A DNA stretch of 64,000 nt from Octopus sinensis (lineage: Eukaryota). The stretch lies in the NCBI RefSeq assembly GCF_006345805.1, contig NC_043012.1:50592001-50656000 (forward strand). Reading direction: 5' to 3'. The notes beneath the pieces are model-generated. The model had not been told where the DNA came from, made no database searches, and was given only the letters and a program-made list of their open reading frames with translations. The translations under genes and the position numbers were made by a program. Positions within the stretch are counted from its first letter, which is position 1, and every line of letters begins with the position of its first letter. Of the stretch, positions 26,328 to 40,510 are shown in pieces.

Positions 26328-26639
26328 GTGTGTGTGTATGTGTGTGAGTGTGTATGTGTGTGAGTGTATATGTGTGTGAGTGTGTATGTATATACATGAA
26401 CACTTGTATATGCATATAAATGGCTTAATTTTTGAAATCCAACATAGAGCAAGTTACAAAATGATAAATAATTGAGTTCGAGTGTTAATACTATTTATTA
26501 CCTGGTATCTAACATCACTGCTCCCTAGTATTCATCAGTCAAGTGTTGGTAGCTAAATTCCGAACAATAAAATTAAAATTAACGGCTGCAAGGGAGGGTA
26601 CGGGTCTTTAAAGCTCATAGAAAAAATGCTAGATAAGAT

Positions 26640-26716
26640 TCACGGTCTGAGATTCGAACCCGTGATCCCTCGACTGCGGAGTCCGCTGCGTTAACCACCA
26701 GGTCATGTGGCCTCCA
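26640..26716 (-). mobile_element. SINE family C tRNA-like head only
   Basis: Minus strand tggaggccacatgacctggtggttaacgcagcggactccgcagtcgagggatcacgggttcgaatctcagaccg. Confidence 0.8.
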
Positions 26717-26984
26717 ATGATTGATACGCACATGCACACAATACAAAGAAGATATGCAATGGCCGTTTTAATCTTTATCAAAAATAAATATGTCGACAAG
26801 TTGTCAAAATAATTAAGTCGTTTCTTTGTAATTGATATCACTAAATACGAACCTGATGGTTGAATGGACTTGACCTTTTGACCTCAATCAAATATAGAAG
26901 CCTTTTCAAAATTCTTTCTCAGTCAGAACATTTCTATTACTTCTGTTATTCAAACCACTACCTTTGCCTTTTGTTCAAACTACT

Positions 26985-27300
26985 ACCTTTTACTTGCTTT
27001 AGTCATGAGACTGCGGCCATGCTTGAGTGCCATATTAAAGAATTTTTATTCGAATAAATAGACCACAGACTTTAATTTTTAAACCCTAGTATTTATTATA
27101 TCGATCATTTGTTCTGGAGACATAGGCACACCAACACCAGTTGTTAACCCTAACCCAAAAATAGACGGAAAGATACACGTACACACACAAGCTCACAGAC
27201 ACGACCACACGCGCACGCATGCACACAAACACACACGCACACCTATAAGACGGACTTCTCAGTCTCCATCTACCAAATTTACTCACAAGGAAAATATTTG
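26985..27300 (-). mobile_element. SINE family B, degenerate
   Basis: Tail tagtcatgagactgcggccatgcttgag and body taccaaatttactcacaagg in reverse orientation. Confidence 0.7.
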
Positions 27301-27649
27301 CTCGAATTTTCACGCAATTGGACTGACACTATTTTTTGCATAGCCTCGCCCTCACTTTGACAACGAAAATTAATTATTTTCTGTTTGATATTTAAGGCTT
27401 ATTGTTACATTGCTGGATTTTTGGTATATCTGTACCACGTATTAATGGAATATCTGTACCAACAATGCTTCGTTGATTTGACGAGATTATCTTCCATTTT
27501 ATTCAAATTGATTTTCAGTAACAACACGTACACATGTACTCACTTACGCACATACAAACAAACACATGCACACGTGCGTATATCATTTATAAAATATCTG
27601 ATGAATTTTCGAAATATTAGTCCAAATAGCTGAAATGTTGATTATAGAA

Positions 27650-29864
27650 GAGAAGAACTTTGAAAATAGGTTTGAAAATGAGACTTTCAAAGGTAAGAAT
27701 TAATTACCTAATTTGCGACGTTCCAGCAAGTTATGTATTCGAAACTTTCAGATTTATTTACTTGACTGTAGAAGTGGTTGACTAGAACTGCAAATATAAA
27801 AAAGTTATTCTTTTGACCATGCTTGTGATTTGGCTTGAACAAAACAGTTTGGAGAGATAAAGGTTAGGATAGTTTAAATACTCTACATATGGCCCTGCTG
27901 ACGCGTAACGTTCTCGAAGACATAAAATCTTTCATAGATCTTAAAACCTTTGGGAGTGTTCGTAGAGACTTACAATTAGATTCGTATAAAAATCAAAGCG
28001 TACGACAGCATAATGAAGTTAGATGGAACAGGTCCGTTCCTTCGGCGTTTGATCGATGTGGTTATTTTTTTCGGTCGCTAGGATATATAATTTCGGAATC
28101 GTTTTGAATCCAAAGAGCCCAATAATCGCGCAAATTATAGAAAAATCTTATAGTTTTAATTTGTAAATATGACGAAAAATTGGCAATGTATCTTCCGTTT
28201 CTCTCAGGTATTTCCAATAAAATTCAAAATGATTTGATTGACCCAGTTCAAAATGTTACGTTAGGATGAAATAGAGAATGAACTGAAGCAGGCTATATTC
28301 GTAGCTATTATTGGTGATAATACATCAGATGTATCGAACTATTTCATAAATGTTCTGCGTTATGTTACAAAAGATTGTGTTGCCAAAGAACAATTTATCG
28401 GTCTTCATGAGGTTAGAGCAGTATCGTTGAGCAACTGCTTTAACTGAACACGTTTTGAAATAAATTGAATCATGGAAATGTGAAAGTAAATTGACTGCAG
28501 AAGCCTGTGATGGTGCCGCTACAATGGCAGGACAATAAAATGGTTTGCAGTCAAACGCAAGAGAGAAATATGAATGTGCGAACTTTGTTTGTTATTGTGC
28601 TCATTTCTTAAATTTAGTTCTTTCACAAGCATGCTTTGCTATGAAAAGAATGCAAGATATTTGCCTTCTACAATAAATAGACTAGATATATGTTTTACAA
28701 AAATCACCCAAATTACATAGCTAATACATAGCTAAAACTTGATTTCTCAAAGCTAAAGCTACCTGATGTAACTACCCCACACGTCATATTGATTGTCTAA
28801 AAGAAAACCGTAATGCCATAATCAGTATTTTGAAAACATCATTGAAAATCTCGAAGCATGGGACGAGACCACAATAAATTCTGCAATTGGATTCTTACTT
28901 AATTTGAAATTTCCCGATCTTGTTTTTATTGGAAGTATTTAGTGAAATATTTTCTCTAACTGACGTCGTATATAATATCCTTCAGTCTACAAGTCATGAG
29001 AATGTACTCTAAAGGGCAAACAAATATAACTAGAAACATACGATGATTTTTTCAATATTTTGTGTTATTGGAAAACTATAGGATCTATGCTGCAATCAAA
29101 ATTAAAAGATCTGGGATTAGATCTATTGATCCCCAACTACGTTATAGAATGCTCTATCAGAAAATTGATAGCACAGCAGTGGACGAATTAAAAATGCGAT
29201 ACTTATACTTACAATAGCTTCAATTCTTGGACCTCTTCAATTTCAACGAAAGTGACGAATATCGCAAAATATTTCCAGTGGATTCTTGAAATTCTTTAAA
29301 AACCACTTATAGCAGAGTTTTTTTTTTATTCTGACATAATACGATTACAGTGTGAGCTAAATGCAATGGATTCTATGCAAGATTTTAAAAGGAATTAAAT
29401 GCACGACATTTACATAAATGCTTTGATTGAAGCTATTCTAGAACTCTTCAATCGCTGTAATCTTATTTTCACAATTCCGTCTATAACAGCTTCTGAAGAG
29501 TGGTCCTCTTCTACATTGAAGAAAATTAAGTCTGTCCAAAGAAATACAACAGAAAACAAAATACTTTCAGGGCTGATATGATTTGCCCCAACATCTAATT
29601 AATACAGAAAATTTTCATGAGAATATAATAAATATATTTGCTCCGAAAGATCAAAAACTAAATTAATTATAAACAAGTCACGTAAATAGTAATTGTTTTT
29701 TTTTTCGCACAGCTTTTTTAAAAGTTTAAGCGCATTAAAGCAGCGACCTACATGAACGTGATACAAAACTAATTTCTTTCACATATATAAATTTCAAAAA
29801 TGATTCAACTCACCCAATAAGTTTACATTGCATTACCAAATTCAAAATACCTTGCACGCCACAG
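27650..29864 (+). pseudogene. Decayed hAT-superfamily transposase with 3' terminus
   Basis: Fragments read IKSFIDLKTFGSVRRDLQLD, VLRYVTKD..KEQFIGL, CDGAATMAGQ*NGLQS, CAHFLNLVLSQAC and a dimerisation-like segment TIPSITASEEWSSSTLKKIK..RN..LSGL. The end gcacgccacag resembles a CAGTGGCGTGC-type TIR. Confidence 0.88.
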
Positions 29865-30043
29865 GTACCTACCTACCTACCCACCTCCCTACCTACCTAC
29901 CTACCTACCTACAAACATACATTATATATACATATATAGTTATTTATATATATAAATATATGTATATATATAATGTATGTATGTTAGTAGGTAGGTAGGT
30001 AGGTAAGTAGGTAGGTAGGTAGTAGTAGGTGCTAGTGGCGTGC
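29854..30043. repeat. Fold-back palindrome spanning the hAT end and its (CCTA)n/(TA)n flank
   Basis: gcacgccac-(ccta)n-acatacattatatatacatatat is mirrored by atatatgtatatatataatgtatgt-(tagg)n-gtggcgtgc. Confidence 0.85.
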
Positions 30044-30204
30044 GCTGAATTATATATATATATATATAATATAATACAATATATATTATATAAATATATA
30101 TAATATATATATTATATATATACATATATGGCGGTGCCCCAGCATGGCCACAGCTCAAGAACTGAAACTGGAAAACAAACAAACAACATACATATATATT
30201 ATAT

Positions 30205-30303
<99 letters not shown>

Positions 30304-30601
30304 CGCAGATTGCACCAAGGACTTACGGACTTATATCCAGAAGATCGGAAAGCTGAACTGTGAATAATTATGCTTATTTTTTCTTCATCTCTTTATTACT
30401 TTACTCCTGTCCTCTATGTCGCTATTTCATTAATCTATACCCTTCTCATTTCCCCTATTTGTCTTTGATGATGGAGTATCCCATTCTCTAGGATATCCCA
30501 GAAACAGCTGTGAGAATTTGAACTTTTTTCAATAATAATAACGTATATCACTTGAGATGTTTGCCTTCCTTTAGCGTTTGTTGCCCTCTCTAATACACAC
30601 G

Positions 30602-30642
<41 letters not shown>

Positions 30643-31071
30643 TTATATGTAATTATTAGATAATAAGACTGTGATATATGCCTGGTAGCTTACAGGTAAT
30701 GTACTTTCACTTTCACAATGTGAGTTGTGTGCTTGGTTAATGAGAGAAATAGAAGATAGAAGATACGAAAATGTTTTATTAATCACTGCAAATGTTTCAA
30801 CCCATCAAGCATCGAATTTTCACAACTGGTTCAGGAACATATATATATATATTTATTTTCAGAAATGCGACATTTTGCATCATCCTGGCGTATAATTTTG
30901 CGATGTTTGCTTGTTTAATCTCAGTCACTTATGTGATTGAAGCACGTAGTTTTCTGAAATGTTTACATCGCATCATTCTAATGACTTTTAAAGATAATTT
31001 TTGAACAGAATATTCCCTAAAATGTTTTGAAAAAAAATATTTTTAGGCATTTTCTTCACTATAAATTTTTA

Positions 31072-31390
31072 AATAGCCATGCGACGACCAAGACCTTGTG
31101 AGAGGATTTCATTGAAAGGCCCTGAAAGAAGCCTATCATATATAAATATGTATATATCTAAATGTGTATGTATCTGAGTGTCTGCCTTTGTGCTTTGTGT
31201 CTGTGTTTGTTCCAAACCAGCGCTTGAAAATCGGTGTTATCGTGTTTACGTCCTGGTAACTTAACAGTTTGGCAAAATAACGATAGAATAAGTACTAGGC
31301 TTCAAGGACAAATAAGAGTACTGAGGTCAATTCATTCGAGCAAAATGCACCAGGCGGTGACCCAGTCTAAAGGGACTGAAACAAATAGAA
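31072..31390 (+). mobile_element. SINE family B, 5'-truncated
   Basis: gaccaagaccttgtgagaggatt..ctgaaagaagcc..gtgtttacgtcc..gatagaataagtactaggctt..actgaaacaa. Confidence 0.8.
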
Positions 31391-31402
31391 TACTAAACAT
31401 AA

Positions 31403-31439
<37 letters not shown>

Positions 31440-31469
31440 ATATATATACATATATATTATATATGTATG

Positions 31470-31517
<48 letters not shown>

Positions 31518-31659
31518 ATATATATAGACATGTATATATATATGTATATGTATATAATAATATATTATATAATATATATATATATTATATATATATATAT
31601 AATATATATATATATACTATATATATATATATGTATATATATATTTATGCGTCCCCTGC

Positions 31660-31985
31660 CCATTCAAGATAACAGCATACATGTACGCTGCAACGTAATT
31701 TATTTTCCTCAACAGGCCCTGCCCTATTTAACATTGTCCCAAAAGAGATCAAAGAGGAAAAGGATCCCATCAACTTTAAACGGAGTCTGGATAGATTCCT
31801 TCAAAGAATACCTGATAAGCCACCCATAATTGGATACAACTCACCCAACAAAAACTCACTACTTAAATGGAGCATAAACAAAACTTGACTTAAACAGGAT
31901 CCGAATAATCCTATCAGGTGGTGCTATTAAGTTAGACATGTCCTGGACCAATCTTTGGTCGAAATATATCTAAGATTATCTAAGT
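31660..31985 (+). mobile_element. CR1/L2-type LINE 3' end (ORF2 C-terminus plus 3' UTR)
   Basis: Reads [52 protein letters not shown] (stop 31886-31888). Ends in a short tandem ctaagattatctaag tail. Confidence 0.88.
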
Positions 31986-33025
31986 TTATATGTATATACA
32001 TATATGTATATATATATATATGTATACATGTATATATATAGGTATATGTATATATATATGTATATGTATATATATATATATGTATATATATATATACATG
32101 TATATATATATGTATATATATATATATATGTATATGTATGTATATGTATATATATATAACAGAAATAGTGTTATATATACATATATATATATATATAAGT
32201 ATGTATATATGTATATGTGTACATATGTATATATTCATATGTATATATATCTGTATATATGTACATATACCTATGTATACATATATATATATACTTTGTT
32301 TTTGTATGTCTGCATATTGCATTATAAGTTTTTGTATTATTTCAATTATTTCTTGAGCTCGAATTATCATTACTCGCCTCACTCTAGATCATATATTAAG
32401 TAGGTGGATATTTAACAAGAAAAACTTCGTGTTGTACCACACCCATATCTCCTTGAATTTAATTTGTAATTACCTGCATTTTCGCTTCTTTTTGTTTCCT
32501 CAGATATTCTTTGTAAAATACCTATGAATTTAGCAGTCATGTTTAGTAGAATGAAAATAATTGAGGTCATCAAAAATTTAAACTATTCATGAAATATATT
32601 ACCGTTTTTTAAATATATTTTACCAAGTATTAAGTACTCTATTTACATTGTGAATGCTCTTCGTCTCACGATGAGGTCCCTCCATAAAAGACGATTATAC
32701 AAATATGCATACATACACACACACGTACGTACATACATACATACTTGCTTACATATATAACAACTCACGAACACATTCATATATGTTTATAGGCTTCTGT
32801 TAAAATATACTTTGCACACACATACGCACAAATATATACGAGTTCATTTTCTCTTTGTATTTCCTATCGTGTACGTATTAGTACGAATGTAAAAATAGTG
32901 ATCGTCTGATTGGTTGATTGATAAATACAGACAAAAAATATAAATAATACGGATATAAAGCTGTACGACATCACATACATATATATATGTAAATATGAGA
33001 ATATAAGCGTGTGTATGTATGCATG

Positions 33026-33072
<47 letters not shown>

Positions 33073-33383
33073 GTGTATGTATATGAAGTTGTGGGCATGT
33101 ATGTGTGCGTGTGTGCATGTGTGCATATGTATATACAATCATATACGCCTGTGTTTCTGTACGTATATTTATTTATGTGTTATAACATGTATGTTCATAC
33201 GTAGGGAAATATGCGTGCTTCTACATATGTACATTCATACACAAACATACACACACACAGACACACACACACATATATATCTATATATATATATCGATAG
33301 ATATATGTTATATATATATATATATACATATACACACTATTATACATACATGCACATATATATACCTATAAAAACATGCGCAC

Positions 33384-33417
<34 letters not shown>

Positions 33418-33569
33418 TAATATGAATACATAGATATATGTGTTTACGTTTGCGGATATATATGTATGTATTATACAGATAAATATATTGATACTCAACA
33501 CACAAACTTTATATGTGTGTTGAATGTCTGTATGTTTGTGTCAGTTTTGTCAATGCCTGTGGGTGTATC

Positions 33570-33601
<32 letters not shown>

Positions 33602-33948
33602 AATGTGTGAATGTGTGTACGTGCAGCTTCCTATGAGGTGTTTGTCTTGTAATTATATAGTTATATATTTATGTGAGGAAAAGAAGATTTAGGTTATAAA
33701 TGTCAAAGTGAATATATGAAGAATTATTCCTTTGTTATGCAATATTTTATGTCTCCTTTCAGAAATTGTCTTTGATGTGTTCGTTTGTAAGGACGGTTTC
33801 CAAGAAAATGAAACATTCATTTGCTGATTTTTATTCCATTCAATCTACACGATTTATGGAAATATATATCAAGGATATCAAAAAAATATTCCTTCACACA
33901 ATCATATTTATATCGAAGCACTGTCACGGACATATATACATATATATA

Positions 33949-34003
<55 letters not shown>

Positions 34004-35084
34004 GTGTGTGTGGTGTGTGTGTGTGTGTGTGTATGTATATATGTATATATACATACATATATATATATAGTTACATATATATGTATGTATATACAAATGT
34101 ATATAATATGTGTGTTTGTGTGTGTGTTTGAGTGTGTGTGTGTGTAAGTGGCAGAGTCTTCTTGTGTATGTTCGCATGAATGTAAGGCGGTGTGTTTGTA
34201 TTTGCGTATATATAAAATATCTTGTAGTATAAATATAAATTTCTCCAGCGGAATAACAGTCTCTTAAAAATGATAATCTATGTTTTTTATGACTTGTCAT
34301 GTTTTGTTTAAAATATAGTTATATATCGCCAAATGGTACGAATTCATTATAATCCTCTTCATTTATGTCAGTTCAAGTCACTCGCTGACGTCAAATGTTG
34401 GTAGGTAGTGAGATACAACACATAAACATATAGCAGTAAATAGATACACACACCCACACACATACACATACAAATACATAATTTTTTATTCAAAATACCT
34501 CAGGAATATATCTTGAATACAGGAATCTATGAAAGAGCTTTATAAACTATACTCAGAGCAATATTGCTTAGACGAGCTAATTGAAGAAAGCAATTCAGAG
34601 TGTATTTATACGGAAAGAAAATATATCTGCAATATCGTAACACGCGTCTTCCTTCTAGAAACCGGTTAATTCTTACACAGAACCTTGTTGGACATTTATG
34701 AACCGAATTTTTTGATACATTACTTCACCGTACTCAAAGTATGAAAATAACCAATCAATCAATGTCATGTGGATCTACATTAGGTTAAACCTTTGAAAAT
34801 TCTACAGCAATATTTACTTTTAATATACATACGGTTTGAATTATTTAATAGATTCAACGAAATAACATACTTGTAACAATTAACTTAAGCCTCCCTTAAA
34901 CTGCTCTTTATTAGGTTAAAAAGTTTTTTTAGATGCAAACTCATGCACATACTCACATTTTTGCAAACATGCATACATATATATCCATATATGTGTGTGC
35001 ATCTAGGTGTGTCAATTACAAGAAAGTACTGCTGTTATAATAAACTGTATAATAATGTAAACATATGATAGCGTAAACATATTA

Positions 35085-35500
35085 CAATTTTTGGCTCAAA
35101 GCCAACAATTTCGAGGGGTGGGGGATAAGTCAATTACAGCAACCAAAATGCCCAACTTGCACTTATTTTATCGAGCCTCACAAGATAAAACGCAAAGTCG
35201 AACTCGACGAAGCGCAGCTAAGTTTTTTGCCTGACATGCTAAAGATTCTGCCAGCTCGCCGTCTTATGTAAGCATATAATAATCTATTCTACTATCAGCA
35301 CAAGGTCTGAAATATGGAGGAGGGGACTAGTCGATTGTATCGACCCCAGTGTTTCCCTAGTAATTAATTTATCGACCACGTAAAGGATGAAAGGCAAATT
35401 AGACCTCGGTGGAATTTGAACTCAGAACATAGCGACTGGCAAAATACCGTTCAGAATTTCGCCCAGTTTGCTAACGATTCTGCCACCTCGCCAGCTTATG
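35085..35500 (-). mobile_element. Head-to-tail pair of SINE family A copies
   Basis: Two units ending gattctgccagctcgcc (~35260) and gattctgccacctcgcc (~35491), each followed by cttatgtaagc. Confidence 0.85.
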
Positions 35501-36075
35501 TAAGCTTATAATAATTGCATTCCATCATTTCTTTCAATGTGCAGAAAGAATAGGTGTCATAACCCTTTACCAAAGAAGTAGAATCTTTAGAGAAAGCATC
35601 ATTCAGCAATTCCACCAACGTTGCATTTCCCTGCTACTGATGCACTTCTATGATTTTTCGCACTTTATGACTGCAAACAGGGTATATTTGTGCCTGTCAA
35701 TAATATACAGAATTTGCTTCTGCTCCACTGCCACTTCCTCTCCTAATAACGAAAGTTCATCTAGCGGATTCAGCTAACAGCGACGTAGTAATCCAACAAA
35801 GAGGATAATGCAGATTTTCATGCGTCTGGAATCCGGGATTTCCGAACGATTGAGTTCTTTCATGAGTAGTATATAAGCTATAAGAAATCAGAAGCTGAAT
35901 ATATTAGTGCAAATACTTGTCATCCTTCTGGCCATTTCTGCACATGTTGTTCTGATGATCTTACGAGCTAGCTTACTTTATTATTGACTTGTGGATATAC
36001 TGCTGTCTTGAATAATGCAACCGATGCATATTAGTGCAGACATGTAAACATATTATATACTACACAGAAAATGTT

Positions 36076-36110
36076 ATTACATGACGACGTCAGTGAAACG
36101 GCCGTAAGCC
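36076..36110 (+). other. Decayed Penelope-type minimal hammerhead-like motif
   Basis: AUGACGA..GAA ACGGCCGU A: perfect palindromic stem III and GUA triplet; core C3 and stem II are degraded. Confidence 0.35.
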
Positions 36111-37515
36111 TATGGGTGACAAGTCGTTAAATAAATATATATTCCTTCTCTCTTTCTCCATCTCTCTCTCTCTCTCTCCACACACACATATATATATATA
36201 CATACATATATATTTATTTATTTATAATTACATACATATTTATGTATTATAGGTGTGTCTGTTTGCGTATGTGTGTGTGCGTGTGTATACAAACGCGCGC
36301 TTATAGTGATTAGATAACTGACGTCTGGGACTCATTATCTATCGAGCGCATGCATTATTTGTGAATAAGTTATATTCTTATAAATGGCGCATGAATATAT
36401 CCAGAATGCTTTATGTACCATATATAAGTAGGGCAATAGTTTCATTTTAGTTACATCCTGGATAAAGGATTCGACAATACAGGAAGATGTTTAAAAGACA
36501 TCGGGGTGTTACCTATATCTTTTACATATCAGATAGAGAGAAGGAAACAGAGAGTAACGAGTGAATGGCAGCAAAATCCCATAAATGTTACCCCCTTTAC
36601 AGCTTCAATGGTATATTTACACGTACATACTCTTATGAATACTTCAAAATATATACATACATATACTACATATTAATATATATATATATTATATTATATA
36701 TTATATATATAAGTATATTACGTCCATATGTATGTAAATATTTGGTATATATATATATACATATATACAACATATACATATATACATAAATATATATATA
36801 TTATATATTATAATATATATCTATAATATATATATATATTATATATATATACACACATAAATACATAAATATGTGTGTATGTATATATAGAAGATAAATA
36901 GAGGAATAGATGACATACGTTTATATGTATATGTGTGTGTATGTGCGCGCGTATCTGTTAATAAATAGATTATTTAAAAACATATCAACGTACACGAATA
37001 TATTCTAGGAATTTCAAATGATAGCAGATTTCAAGTGTATTGGCATTGATATGAAAATAGGAGCTATATTAAATCGATAAATTCCTCATTCAAGTTTTAA
37101 ATAAATATACGGGGAATTTATCTCTAGGGCACAGTGTACGCATACACAGCGTATAAACACACACACAAAAATACACACACATATGTATGTATGTAATTAT
37201 GTATTATGTGTGTATGCATGCATATGCATGCATATAGGCATATATTACGATGAATATGATAAAGAGCTTAGTAAAGCTTAGCGTTTAGAATAAATGCCGT
37301 CAATTAACTTCTAATTACTGCAGTTTAAATTTAATATACATTTATGTACGCTGTGATTCATTTCACTAAAACGTTTCTTCGAGCATTCAATGGTAGGACA
37401 TCCTTTCATCTATGTAATTTTATATTTCACTTTTTCTCACTTTTTCTAATTGTCATGAGGACTTATTTTGCACATATATATATATATGTGTGTGTGTGTG
37501 TGTATGTGTATTATA

Positions 37516-37597
<82 letters not shown>

Positions 37598-37966
37598 ATA
37601 TGTATATATATATATATGTATATATGTATATTATATGTTGTGTGTATATGTATATATATATGTGTGTGTATATGTATATATATATATATGTGTGTGTGTA
37701 TATGTATATATATATATATATTTGTATATGTATATATATATATTTGTATATGTATATATATATATATAACAATTGCAGCGTGCAGGTGTTTATAAGCCAT
37801 TTAAGAAACACACTAATACCGTCAGATTCACTTCAACATTTAAATTTAAATTTAAAGTTGTCAAAATATTTTCGTCTCTTTGAAACCGCCACCTGTTCAC
37901 TGAGAAAATTCTGTACTGCATCTCAGATCAGGTCACTTGCTATGCAAGTACATCTCCGTATGTGTT

Positions 37967-38013
<47 letters not shown>

Positions 38014-38324
38014 CTGTTTGTGTATGTGTAGGTAGCTACGTGGGTTGGTGGTAACGGAGATAAACAGAGTTAAGCTTGATATAATGTGTTTCCTGTACTC
38101 GGCTTACCCAACTCTAAGTTATTGTCACACAGAAACAGTTTTAGGAAAGTTTGATACACACTTGACTGCAATTTGCTGCTCGAACCATGGCGTTCAGCTG
38201 TCAGAGTCATTAGCACGAATTACTGCACGAATCTTCATTAAGATGTTCGTGGTAATGTTATGTTTAGGAAGTCCTATAAAGAAGTTTCCATTGCGAATGA
38301 GTGATGGTTTACTCTTTTATTTGT

Positions 38325-38529
38325 TTCAGTCATCTGACTGTGGCCATGCTGCATCACCGCCTTTAGTCGAGCAAGTCGACCCCAGGACTTATTCATTGTA
38401 AGCCTAGTACTTATTCTATCGGTGAAACCGAACCTCTAAGTTACGTAAACTCACCAGCATCGGTTGTCAAGCTATGTTGGGGGACAAACAGAGACACACA
38501 AAGATATACACACACATACGTATATACAT

Positions 38530-38583
<54 letters not shown>

Positions 38584-38640
38584 CGACGGGCTTCTTTCAG
38601 TTTCTGTCTACCAAATCCACTCACAAGTCTTTGGCCAGCT
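38325..38640 (-). mobile_element. SINE family B
   Basis: tttcagtcatctgactgtggccatgctgc..gaccccaggacttatt..gacgggcttctttcagtttctgtctaccaaatccactcacaag. Confidence 0.9.
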
Positions 38641-38699
38641 ACTTACCACACAGCAAATCCTACTTATTTATATATTTTGTTTAATTTATGATTAATATT

Positions 38700-39140
38700 G
38701 GATAAAAATTTTGGCGCTAGACTTGCAATTCGGTGGATGGTTAAGTACATCGATGCCAGTGCTCTAGTGGTACTGATTTTATTGCTACTGAATAGATGAA
38801 ACGTAACATCAAGCTCCGCGGAATTTGATATCAGAATGTAAACAAGAAATAGACAACGTTAAGCATTTTTCACGGCGTGCTAAAGATTCTATCAGCTTGC
38901 AGCCACTGTATAATTATTATTGATTTCAAATTTTGACACAAGGCCAGCAAATTCGAGCAAGAGTGTAAATTGATTATATCAGCCCCAGTCGCCTACAGGT
39001 ACTTATTTTAGCGATCCCGAAAGGATGAAAAGTAAATTCGACCTCAGTGGAATTTGAACTCAGAAAATATAACGGCGGGCAAAATGCTGCTAACCATTTT
39101 GCGCGATGTGCTAACGATTCAACCAGCTCGCCGCCTTAAT
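38700..39140 (-). mobile_element. Head-to-tail pair of SINE family A copies
   Basis: Units end at gattctatcagcttgc (~38898) and gattcaaccagctcgccgcc (~39137). Confidence 0.8.
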
Positions 39141-40256
39141 AATAATTAACAGTTGTTGAATCCCAACATTTTGTTAATCCCAACATTTTGCACTGAAATA
39201 AATTAAGAACTGTCATTCATCAAATAACGCTTTGAAGTCATTTATTCTTATTTTGGAATCCAAATTGTAAATCGATATTTACATAAATTTTAAAGAAAAA
39301 AACATATATTGCAATTGAAGTCGACATTTGAAATATACCCAGGAATAAGTTTAAGTACAAAGACCGCACAATCTATGTCAAAAGTGTTGCAGGCTATTTC
39401 GATCCGATATAATCTATGGCTAGATAACATCCGGAAACCATCAAAGACTTATTGGATATCCCATCATTATATAACTCAAATCATGCATTGTTATTTATTC
39501 GTCGTAAGATGAATGGTCCTTAACTGATTTATACCACAATCTTGAAACTGTCAAATCTCATTTTGGACAGAACCAACAAGGAAGTCTTTACAATTTCGTT
39601 CCACCTCTAAAAACAGAAAGTGAATCAGCTTCAATCAACTCTATCGTTTCAAAAGAAGGAATAGCACATTGCATAACGTTGTTTTATATGCATTGTAACT
39701 GGAGCAAGTGGGATTTATACTTGAGGATGAAGGAGGAACGCACTTCATGAAATGCACAGCAAAGTAATATATTATTGCTAGAAATTGCACGCAAATCATA
39801 CAAGAGTGTTTTAACACAAGAATAAAAAGACTAAAATACAGTAAAGCATTCAAAAAGCATTGACAATGCAAGTAGCCTATACGTACTCATCTATGCAACG
39901 AAGGTAAAAGAATTCCTAATATAAGATGCTCTATAAATAGTTTGGACGCATAAGAATTAAATTATTCCAGTAACAGTGATCGATATGGAGAGTGTTTTAC
40001 CTGTATGACATAATTATACAGCAAATACGAGAGAAGGGGAGTTTCCTGAAAAGGGAAGGATTATTGTAAGATACATTTCGCCCGTCGCTCGATCCATTGT
40101 CTGAAACCACTGCACCATCACTCTTACTATTGCTGGAGGTTTCTGATTGAAAATAACACGAATTGTGCTGAATTTTTTAGATTGTGGGAAAGTGAGATAA
40201 ACTAAATTTAAACAGGAGTATCTAAATTTCACACTAAATCCGTATAGCCACCGAGT

Positions 40257-40263
40257 ATGCACC

Positions 40264-40348
<85 letters not shown>

Positions 40349-40407
40349 TGCTGCTACTACTACCAGTACTACTACTACTACTAGTGCTGCTGCTACTACT
40401 ACTACTT

Positions 40408-40459
<52 letters not shown>

Positions 40460-40479
40460 AATAATAATAATAATAATAA

Positions 40480-40510
<31 letters not shown>
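40257..40510. repeat. Compound trinucleotide tract (ACT)n(GCT)n(AAT)n
   Basis: Direct reading. Confidence 0.97.

Noticed and set aside
39300-40250. Decayed coding-like stretch (VTVIDMESV, vaguely like RT motif A)
   Set aside because: No second RT motif found; unassignable by eye.
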